NCBI GenBank assembly: GCA_051362555.1
Contig: CM120644.1
Coordinates: 3,356,954-3,420,953, forward strand
Length of the DNA stretch: 64,000 bases
Reading direction: 5' to 3'
Source: Lingula anatina
Taxonomy: Eukaryota; Animalia; Brachiopoda
A program made the translations under genes and the position numbers. The notes beneath the pieces were generated by a model. The model did no database searches, had not been told where the DNA came from, and worked only from the letters and a program-made list of their open reading frames with translations. How positions within the stretch are numbered: position 1 is the stretch's first letter; every line of letters begins with the position of its first letter. Below are positions 1 through 10,900 of this stretch, piece by piece.

Positions 1-166
1 TCTGCAGAGGCATATGTCTGTATTGACCATACATGTATATGACAGTTATCCCCCCTCCCTCCCCCCCCCAAAAAAAAAACAACGTTTTCATAATTTCTTG
101 GATTAACCCGCTCTCGAGATATTTAAACGACAAAAGTGGACGTAACATAGACAATCGAGATATTAA

Positions 167-394
167 GGGACAATAACTATTCGTATGAGAACTATATTTC
201 ACAATAAAAACATTGTGAACAACTCATAGAAATATAATATTAAGAGATTATAACAAAAAAAAAAAACTTTTAAGAAAAAAACCAGGGACTAACTTTGAAT
301 GTAAAAATGGATTCATTAACCATTGGGAAGTATGGGGAAATTGTTGTTTACTCCAGGAAAAATCTTTTTCTGACCAAAACGAAGAGTTATTCCT
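167..394 (-). mobile_element. TTAA-target MITE (Kolobok-like), copy in GH32-A intron 1
   Basis: Flanked by TTAA (163-166, 395-398); reverse-complement match to 33571-33908; the paralogous intron near 7261-7277 has the empty site with a single TTAA. Confidence 0.8.
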
Positions 395-843
395 TTAAGG
401 GGAATAAATATTTTTAGTAGTGAAGTTTGTCCATATAAAATCGCCAAGAAACCCGTCGATGTACAGGCGATCGGGGGAGGGGGGGGGGAGGGGAGAGAAG
501 GGACACAGCCCTCTCCCCTCAGCTTGCTTAATGCATCCATCTTACCCAACTTCGTCCAACAAAAACTATATAAGAAGCAAAATGAGACAAAGCCAAATAT
601 TTTTCCCTTTAATCCTAGTAGTATACTGGTAGTCCTTGTTTAGTACTTAACGACCAAAGCTAAACAAAATTTAAGACATGTGGCCTCTCCCTCCTGTCAC
701 TGCGTGGGATGTGCAGTGTTTAATTAATAGCGTATGTCCTGCCAAATAGTCGCCTGTTTTTGCTTTAAAATTGTACCTTAAGTGGCCTCCTATACAGATA
801 GAGCTTAGAGAGTGACAGAAATCACCCGTCCTTTTAACAACTA

Positions 844-1087
844 AGGGCTCATTCTCATTAATACTATCGGTCTACGTTAATGGATGTAACTCAGGACTGT
901 AAATGCCGTCAGTTTAGTAGATGAACACGCCTCCTCATGAGTAGAGTACAGAAAAGCTGGTAAATATGTTTGAAATCCGGAAACAAAAGAAAGCGTGTTA
1001 ATCTGTTTAACTGATTATATTCAGCAAGAATCCACGTGGAGTTGGATCAGTCTACGTAGACAGTAGTTTTAATGGGAATGAGTTCCA
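844..1087. mobile_element. Fold-back MITE (family A'), in GH32-A intron 1
   Basis: Ends gggctcattctcatt / aatgggaatgagttcc are inverted; similar to 10740-10985; a partial copy is retained in GH32-B intron 1 (~7330-7480), so it predates the duplication. Confidence 0.6.
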
Positions 1088-1238
1088 AAATGATCTTCAA
1101 AACCGTGAAGAGCGTCATGTTTACCGATACGCCATTTCTCTAAAAGTGATCATTAAAATAAAGGCTGTACATGGCCAGTCCATCTTTGCTGAAAAAAATG
1201 GGTGCCCTTGAGATGTTAATTATTTGTGATATTTTCAG

Positions 1239-4200
1239 GTAAGGGACCTACATTGTACAGTAGCTGGGGGCATGCAGTGAGCACGGATATGCTTCATTGG
1301 GAGATTTGGCCACTCGCCATACCCGAACAGGCTGGAATCATGGCTTTTAGCGGCAGTGCGGTGATGGATTTTCAAAACACCACTGGGTTTTCCACCGACA
1401 GAGCCACGGCCATGGTTATCATTTTCACTGGGAATATTGCGTAAGTGGTGAACGTCCTTTCTTCCGCTGTCGTTGTGAGCGGAAATCGATCGTACGACAA
1501 TAGTTTTAAAAACGATGTTATCAATTCTAACACGTTGTTTTATTTATTATTTCATTTTATTTGTATTGTTTGTTGATTTGTTCACCTGCTTCTCATTTCG
1601 AACAATTGTAACTCTAAAGTTGAAGTTTAAAGTGCTCCTTAACGAACTGATCAATCAATCAGTTTATTTACATATTTAATCATTTTGTCCAATATAGTCA
1701 AATGAAGGTCTTTCCTCTAACGTCTCCATTTCCTATTTATGTAGAAGCTTCATAGACTCGGATCAACGACTTGCCTATAGTTTGGACGGGGGGATAACAT
1801 GGACGTTGTATGACAAGAACCCAGTTCTGAGGACTGGAAAAAACCACTTCCGAGACCCGAAAGTAATATGGCATGAACCGTCAAACAGCTGGCTAATGGT
1901 AGTTGCACAAGCGGTGGGGCAACGAGCAGTACAGTTTTATTCTTCCCCGGATCTCAAGAATTGGACATACTTGAGTGAGAAAGGCCCAGAAGGACTGATA
2001 TTTAACAAAGAATGGGAGACACCAAATTTCTTTGAATTAAAAGTGCAAGGAGAAAATATATCAAAGTGGGTATTGCCGTCCATGACAGGAGCTAAATCCC
2101 GCCCTCGTCGCACAGTCATGTATTGGACTGGTATGTTTCTTTACATTGTTGATTTTGTGTTGTAGATAATATTTTTGTTAGGTAAATATTTCATAATAAA
2201 ATGCTTAACTGTGAATGCGACCACTGACGAAATTTAAAACTTCTTTATTTCTACACTAACTGAAATTTACCTGTAATAGCTTTCGTCTCAACACTTGGGA
2301 TTTCGTCATGATCAGTCACACAGACAGGCTTTCAGCTAGCGTAGAAATTGAACAATAAAAATATATCTCTATGAGTAATTAAGAACCAATCACTAAAAAG
2401 GATGATTCAGTTTTGTTAGCTTGTTAACGATCTCAAAGGACACTCTCCCTTTGAACAGTTCAATGGGATATATATGTTTTTTATTTCAGGGGAATTTGAC
2501 GGGAAAAAGTTTACCGCTGACCAAACCATGGCCAAAATTTTAGACTTTGGCCCCGACTTCACTGCCATTCAGACGTGGACTAATTATATGGACGATCGAT
2601 TGTTGATTACAGGGTGGATGTGGTGAGGCGATGACGTTTTCCTCTCTCTCTCTTATTTCTGGCTTAAGCTAATTTTTATCATTAATTCAGAAGAATTATG
2701 GGACCCCATCGAAGCCCATAAGTGGGGTTCACAAAAAGTCTCAAGTTAAGTCTCTAGACCGGTAAATTCAAACAATCGATTAGTAAAGTAGTTTTTGTGA
2801 TATTAGCCTATGAGCTTTTAAAGATGCATATTAAGCGAGTAGATCTGGCAAACCATTGCTACTTAACCCAGCTTATGCCACCAAAGTGTTTCGACTGGTA
2901 GTGGCGCTTCTGAACAAAACCATGGTATAACTTATTAAAGTAAGTTCGCAGTATTAATTTCCCTATTAAATTCCTAAAAATTGACGTTTGGACAGATATC
3001 TTCTGTGTATTCTCCTTGCTTTTGGGACTGGGGGGAAAAAGTAGGTCAAACGTACGACCAGAAATTCAAAAACTGCAGCATATTCCTTTTTTTCTGCTGC
3101 TCGCAAGATAAATTTAATTTGTTATTTTATTATTTTTGTCCATACATTCAAACATATAATCCTTCCATTTTTTGTTGTTAATGCAATGCCTTCTCTGCTT
3201 CAAACACTTTTATAATTTTTCCATACGTATATTAACGCCCCCCCCCTCCATAACATTTGATTATTTTCTTTGAGATTTTGCACTATTCACTTGGTAGATT
3301 ATTGATCTGTAAATAATATTTATTTACTTATTTATTTTCATTTTACACTAGCGTTTGGGAGACGTGTCAGTTTCATCCAACGGGGCCTTGGCAGGGGGCC
3401 CAGTCCTTAACCCGCGTGCTGTCTCTGGAGAGGGAAAACGGAGAACTTCTTCTTGTACAAAAACCGATCAAAGAAGTCGAGAAATTGAGGACTGGGGTTG
3501 TCTGGCAAATAAGGAACACCAAGATTTCAACGGTAAGTGACCATAGCTTTTATACTACCCTAACTACCATTAGTGACTGCTTATACGGTCGGCTTCTTTA
3601 CCTACTTGATATTTATTGCAAGAGCCATTTTCATGTGCTTCAGGTTACGTAAAACATATTTGCCTAAAACCCAGTTTCACTCACCAGCTTCGGGACATTT
3701 TATTCAGCTGATGCCGTTCTAATGATCTTCAACATCTTTCAGGTCAGTAAAAAGATGCGGGAAAAAAACGTAAGGGGTCGATTGCTAGAAATCATCGTCC
3801 AACTCAAACCCAAACCAAAGACGCAAATTGTGGGTTTCAAGCTCATGGCTGGTGAAACGGAACACACGGTTGTTGGATACAACCATGTAAATAAGGAAAT
3901 ATTTATAAATAGGTCAATGAGTGGCCATATTGTTCACCGTAAAGGAATGGGAGTTTTCTACAATGCAAAAGTCACCCTGCAGGCGGGCTCACTTAAACTG
4001 CATATGTTTCTTGACTGGTCATCCGTGGAACTATTCGCCAATGACGGGCGACAAGTGATCACCACACTCATTTTTCCACAGAATGAAACTAGTGATGGCC
4101 TTGACGCTTACTGTGAGGGAGAAGATGCCCACGTGACAAGTATGACGGTTTATCGTTTGAAAACCACGTGGGATAGATATTGGTCTGGCAAAAGTCCAAA

Positions 4201-4477
4201 GTCAATGAAATTACCGTTTTCAAGAAGCACAGATCCCCCTCTCCTAGCAAAAGTTAAGGCAAAGTTTGCTACCAGAAAAAAATCTATAAAATCAGAGTGT
4301 CACTTTCTGATCTGTTACATGTTCACTGCTGTTTCAGAGATTGCGTCGTTGCATTTGTATACTGTTGTAGTGTCATGTGTTTGTTACGGGACTTTAATGC
4401 TTCTATTGTTCAAAACATTAGCGACTATCCGTTTTAGAAACGTGTTATGGATTGGTCAACGACACAAACCAAAATAG
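1239..4477 (+). CDS. GH32 beta-fructofuranosidase/levanase-like protein, copy A (5'-partial; exon 1 lies upstream of the window)
   Basis: Exons 1239-1440, 1745-2130, 2490-2622, 3352-3532, 3743-4477, all AG/GT bounded and phase-consistent, with lengths identical to copy B (202/386/133/181/735). Motifs WGHAVSTD, FSGSA, AYSLDGGITW, FRDPKV, WETP (EC-motif position), DFGPDF, GWM and LDWSSVELF (GH32 C-terminal beta-sandwich). The window start matches intron 1 of copy B (~7131). Confidence 0.93.
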
Positions 4478-4587
4478 ATTCTGAAGTGAGACAGAGAAAT
4501 AAAGTAAGTAAAAAGTAAAAATTCAGATTCCTGCTTGTTCTATTCTCTCTCCCGTGGCTCAGTGACAGTGATGGCTAGGGAGAAACA

Positions 4588-4752
4588 CAGGCGAATTAAG
4601 GCCATTTTCGGGACCTTCTGGAAGACGGTAAGATTTTCAAGTTAACATTGAAGGGTATCTTATTTTTCTGTCGGAAGACAGTCAAATATGGAGGATGGAT
4701 CAACAAAGATAATAAGGGAGACTGTCAGAAATTATGTCTGGATCCGCCCCTG
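4588..4752. mobile_element. Short CAG...CTG-ended MITE remnant
   Basis: Ends in tctggatccgcccctg; internal gaagacgg/ggaggatgga segments are shared with ~40305-40473. Confidence 0.45.
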
Positions 4753-5699
4753 CCGGTCTCCTACAAAAGGAGAAACAAGGGTCGCCTTGCTGTTTAATTT
4801 TGAATTACTCTCAGTCCATCCGAGTGACGACTTCAGTTCTCAACCAAATTCTCGTTGGTTCGGAAATGAGTGCATAAGACTGGCTAGAGAAGACGTTTAT
4901 TGATCAACTTTATATACAAGGTACAGATCATTGAGTACAAAAATACAAAATGGAATGGAACGCATTGATAAAATAGTCAAAAAAAAAAAAAAAAAAAAAA
5001 AAAAAACTAACATAAAAATACATAGTATCATACAAACTATACCTAATCTTTCCTGACACATTTAATATAATTAGCCCGCGCTGGATGGCACGTGACATTT
5101 GGTGGCGCTGCTGTCAACACATACACGTATAATACAGCGAAATCTATTACAATAAACAGTAGGGCCTACTGCGAATATAAACATGAGAGAGATCGGTTAC
5201 ATTAATCTAACTATACAAATGATAAGGTCTTCGCACAAGTCAATAGATGTTCAATAGTTTACGTTTTGAAATAGTCTTTTATATAAAGTACAATGACCTT
5301 AACTGTGGATATCTAGTGAAAAATCAGACTGTGGCCCTGGAACATGTAGAAGGTATGTACTTGGACGAATAAAAACGTTTTATCCGCTAAAGGGGGAGGG
5401 GTATGAAAGGTTTGGATGTGTTAGGGTGTTTCCCTTAACCGTATAAGTAACGCGAAAATAAACACTGTCGTGTTATTACAGCAAGCCACCACACCAATAA
5501 TCGAGGTGAATTTATTTGAGCCAATGACGTAACAACGGTCATGAGATGCCTACTAGTATAGCATTATGCTAGATGTAATGTGGACATTCAGAAACTATAA
5601 CTTGTGGACTACAGACCTTCAGCCACCCCAGAAATTCAAACTCACAATTGATACAGTGTGAGAAATGATAATTTCACTAAAAACGTCAAGAAACAATGG

Positions 5700-5945
5700 C
5701 CGAGATCGATCTAACAGGATCGATCAATCTCCAAGGGGTTTCTCGCTTATTTGCTTTCAGCTAAAGCGGCGTAGATATCTGGCACGTTCAATGAAGCTGC
5801 TAAACGATAATTAATTACCCCCTAGCAGCTTCGTTAGGCGTGACAGTAATCTAAGCCGCTTAAAAGTTGATTGCAATTTAGCGAGAATCCCCTTGGAGAT
5901 AGATCGATCCACAGTTAGTACGATAGGGTCTGGGAATGGTCCCCT
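5700..5945. mobile_element. Fold-back palindromic MITE (family A)
   Basis: Long imperfect inverted repeat (gatcgatc..ctccaagggg..ctcgct / agcgag..ccccttggag..gatcgatc) ending tgggaatggtccc; close match to 15262-15518. Confidence 0.8.
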
Positions 5946-6073
5946 ATCATATATTAATTTGTATCAAAGTGCTGGTGTAAGTTCGAAGATAATATCTTTG
6001 GCCATCCATTGATCATTGTCTTAAGTGACGAAGACATCGCATGATGTATTTAAACGTAAAGTTATAACTGTCA

Positions 6074-6303
6074 TGAACGAGAGCGCAGACCTCCGCCAAG
6101 GCAGCTATTTTTTATAATTATTGATTATTGATTGATTGATTATTGATCCGGATCACCACCAAAAACTAATCATCTCTTCCTTGGCCCACTTCTGACAGTT
6201 CCTGAAAATTTTATCAAAATCGGTCGATAACTTTTTGAGTTATGTTGCTGACAGACAGACAGACAAACAGGGGTGAAAACATTACCTCCTTGGCGGAGGT
6301 AAT
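6074..6303 (-). mobile_element. Short non-autonomous Helentron/DINE-1-like element
   Basis: Subterminal inverted repeat acctccgccaagg / ccttggcggaggt, terminal hairpin attacctcc..ggaggtaat and (CAGA)n microsatellite; a degenerate copy lies at ~15774-16006. Confidence 0.7.
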
Positions 6304-6824
6304 TAGCCAAAGACATACATGTGAATATCTATGTGGTAAAAAAATCAAACTGTGGCCTTGGTAGAGAGTATATACACTGTAGACCCCTCCTCTCCCCTTT
6401 GATAACAGGGGCCTCTAAAATAGTAGGTCTAAGCCAAATAAAAGTAAAGGCCGATACAGTAATTTTGGAACAGACTACCTGTGGACCCTGTGATTAGAGA
6501 GTATCGAATCCAATAGGTGGCAGCACAATAATCTCACATTAAGTGTACGCAACGAGAAAGGTAACAAAAGCATACAGTGGCCGTCCATATAAACGCATTT
6601 CATTTATTTACAGCTGTCTGGACATCGACTGACACCCGGGTCATTTCGTTCGGCCGAGGGGAAAAACGGTAAAAAGGGCGGTCAGACGTATAACAATCGC
6701 AAAGCAATCATTTGTTTTCTCTTTCTCTTTTGGGTCTTTCTATCTCGGACGGCTGCCTCTGCGACATGCGGACTCCCCCATTTCTATAGAGGACAAACAA
6801 GGATGTTGTGAAATTGGTTTAAAA

Positions 6825-7934
6825 ATGATACGATCTCTGACTTTGCTTTTGATATTCATCATACTGCAGCCGGCGAGCATCCACAGCCGACGTCCAAGGC
6901 CGCCTAAAACAGAACTATATCATGAAAGATGGCGACCCCAGTATCATTTCACCACTCCCGAACACTTCATGAACGACCCATGTGGACTGATGGCATACGA
7001 TGGGATTTATCACTTGTTCTATGGATATGACCCTGTTGGTATGTAACTTAAGTATTTTAAGGGACACGTAAAAGGGCGAATTTCAGTGTTATCCAATTTT
7101 TATTTCAATTTTAATTTAAAAAGCAACATCATCTGCATGGACATATGTCTGTAGTGACAATATAAGGCAGTTATCCCCCACAAGCACAAATATTATTCTC
7201 ATAATGTCTTGAATTAATCCGCTTGCGAGTTATCTAAACGGCAATATTGAACGTTACATAGACAATCGAGATATTAAGATGGAGGAGGGGGAGTGATTTG
7301 TAAGCAGTAAAGTTTGTCCCTAGCAAGAAGTTGAGCAGAATACAGAAAAGGCGGTGAATATGCGAGTAAGTTGGAAACAAGAGGAAGCGTGTTAATCCGT
7401 TAAACTGATTGCTTTCAGCGATAATCCACGTGGATTTGGATCGGTCTACGTAGACAGTAGTTTCAATGGGAATGAGCCCCAAAATGATCTTCAAAACCGT
7501 GAAGAGCGTCATGTTTACCGATACGCCATTTCTCTAAAAGTGATCATTAAAATAAAGGCAGGGCATGGCAAGTACATCTTTTCTGAAAAAATTGGGTGCC
7601 CATGAGATGTTAATTATTTGTGATATTTTCAGGTAAAGGACCTACATTGTACAGTAGCTGGGGGCATGCGGTCAGCACGGATTTGCTTCATTGGGAGATT
7701 TGGCCACTCGCCATACCCGAGAAGGCTGGAATCTTGGCTTTTAGCGGCAGTGCGGTGATGGATTTTCAAAACACCACTGGGTTTTCCACCGACAGATCCA
7801 CGGCCATGGTTATCATTTTTACTGGGAATATTGCGTAAGTGGTAAACGTACTTTCTCCCGCTGTCGTTGTGAGCGGAGATTGATCGTATGAAAATGAATT
7901 TTTTAAAACGATGTTATGAACTCTAACACCATAT

Positions 7935-7965
<31 letters not shown>

Positions 7966-10900
7966 TTATAATTTTTTATGCTAACCAGTTTCTTGTTTCG
8001 TATTCTTAAGAGGAATCGTAACTCCAAAGGTAGTGCTAAGAGTGCTCCTAAACGAATAAATATCTATGTATTTATATATTTAAAAAGGGATAATAACTTT
8101 TCATTTTGGCCAAAAAATGAATTTTCCTGGAGTAAACAACAATTTTCCCATACTAACCAATGGTTAATGAATCCATTTTTACATTCAAAGTTAGTCCCTG
8201 TTTTTTTCTAAAAAGTTTGTTTTCGTAAGATATTATATCAGAGTATATATAGCCATCAATGGTGGTCACGTGGTCTGATGACAAGCTCAGATATCAGAAT
8301 AATAGCTATAACTGCCGTTTTTGTGATAAAACAGAATATATTATATTCCTATGAGTTGTTCACAATGTTTTTTATTGTGAAATGTAGATCTCATACGAAG
8401 AGTTATTTTCCCTTTAATCATTATGCCCATTATTCAGTAGTTTACGGAAGATCTGTCATCTTGCGTCTTTTTGTCTTATTTTCTAAGGAGCTTCATCGAA
8501 TCGGATCAGCGACTTGCCTATAGTTTGGACGGTGGGATAACATGGACGTTGTATGACGAAAACCCAGTTCTGAGGACTGGAAAATACCACTTCCGGGACC
8601 CAAAGGTGATATGGCATGAGCCCTCAAACCGTTGGCTAATGGTCGTTGCACAAGCGGTGGGACAACGAGCAGTACAGTTTTATTCTTCCCCGGATCTGAA
8701 AAATTGGACATACTTGAGTGAGAAAGGCCCAGAAGGACTGATAATTAACAAAGAATGGGAAACACCAAATTTCTTCGAAATAAAAGTGCAAGGAGAAAAT
8801 ATATCGAAGTGGGTTTTGCCGTCCATGACAGGAGTTGGATCCCGCCCTCGTCGCACAGTCATGTATTGGACTGGTATGTTTATTTAAGTTGTTGACTTTT
8901 TGTTAAAGATAATATTTTCATTCGATAATTATTTCTTAATGCAGTGCTTAGGACAAGAGTGAAGATGAAGCCTAGACAACAGACCTGGCCTCAAACTAGC
9001 AAATTAAAGTCATAATAACTCTTCGTTTTGGCCAAAAATTGGATTTTCCTGGAGTAAACGGCAATTTTCCCGTACTTACCAATGGTCAACGACCCCATTC
9101 CTGCATTCAAAGTTAGACTAGGTTTTTTTCCTAAAAGTTTGTTTTTTTTGTTAAAATCTCTTAAGAGATGACGGAGCCCTCTCTGACATTGCACAGTCAC
9201 GCGATATCGAGCGAGGTTTTCTGGTGACCTACTTAAAACCGCGGGAATAGCAGACTACAACAACACTATATAACAATAATTTAAGATTCATACGATATAT
9301 TCGTCTTATTGTTCAAAATGCATTTATATCTACAATGTGTGCTGTTCTGGGCTATTCGTTATCCGACGCACTGTACAAAAATCTGCAACTTACGTCTGAA
9401 GATTGCATCATGCACTGCTATCTTATTGCCGCCATATGTTATTTTGGTCTCGAATGTGCGCGAGAATCCGCGTGACACCCCAACGTCATTGGCAACGGAT
9501 GCCTTGACGACCGGGAAGAAAGGCATCTTAAGCCGTATTGACAAGCACAGTTTTTAGTTTTACTACAATATCAACCGTTTTAGTGGTGAAATGCAATATA
9601 ATATATTTCCATACGTTGTTTACAATGTATTTCTTGCGGAATTTTTAATCTCAAAGGATGAGTTATTATTGCTTTAAACTCCTTGTCTTCCCCTCTAAAA
9701 TCGATGTTAACCTAAATATTTCAATTAATAGAACATGTTTTCTGATCTGGTCGACGTTATTTGTAAATAAAAGATAAGTTTTTATCGTTACATAAAATAA
9801 ACATTTTTCATTCTTTTTCTTCTTTTTATCTTTTTCTTTTTCTATATCTTTGTCTTCTTCTTCTTAATTTGTTATTTAAAAGTGTTACACTTTGCCTGGA
9901 TAGAATCACGCGGTATGATTCAAAATATATTGAAAAAAAATCAAATCTTTTAATTTTGATTGGTATACTAAATCTTATAAAAGAGAACACCCCTACCCCT
10001 ATTAAGATATAAGAACATGTTAGGTTCAGCCAAATTAAGGGACCTTTCCCACAGATTTTTGGATTGATCTATCTCCCTGGGGACTCTCACTAAATTGCCA
10101 TCAACTTAACCGGTTTCAATTCCTGTCACGCCTTGTAAAGCTGTTAGGGGGTAATTATCTTTACCCCCCAGCTGATTCGGTAGGCGTGACAGACATTCAA
10201 CCGGTTATGTTGATAGCAATTTAGTGAGACACCCCAGGGAGTTAGACTGATCCAGATGGATCGATCTAGGCATGGGAACACAGTCTAACGCGGGACAGAA
10301 AACTGTACCCCTCGATGTGAAAATGGAGTATTATCTAAAATGGGTGAATTAAAAGCTTCGTGTATGTGTGTCTTTCCGTAACAGTGACTTGCTGGGGGCC
10401 CACGGGTGCTGCATGGATATATATTTCAGAAGAAGTGGATCCGCAGACTAACAGATCCGCGGATCAAATATGGCCGACCCACTTAAAAGCATTGCCGCAT
10501 AATCACCTTTGGTCTCCCGGCCTATCAAGGATTAGGTGACACTGCTTTTTCAGTGGGTCGACCACATTTAGTCCGCGGAACAGCTGTTCTGAATGCGGTC
10601 ATGGTTTATATGATAAAATGTCTCCTGAGGATCTGGAATAAAAGATGGTTTTGTGGCATTGCTGTCTTCGTTTATAAAACATGCTTCCTGGTATATTTCA
10701 CTTTAATCTGGAACTGGACATGTTGCTAAATTATCCAAGAGCTCGTTCCCAATGAATCTATCGTTCTACGTAGATTGATTCTACTCTGCGGGGACTCTTG
10801 CTGAATGCTACCAGTTTAACAGTTTATGAAGACCTACTACTGGCGTTGAGTGGAATGCAGAAAAGTTGGTGACTATATGCGTTTGTTGGAAACAAAAGTC

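Noticed and set aside
3355-3540. ORF MGDVSVSS.. seen in both GH32 copies (also 11897-12082)
   Set aside because: Off-frame reading of GH32 exon 5; its conservation follows from the true frame.
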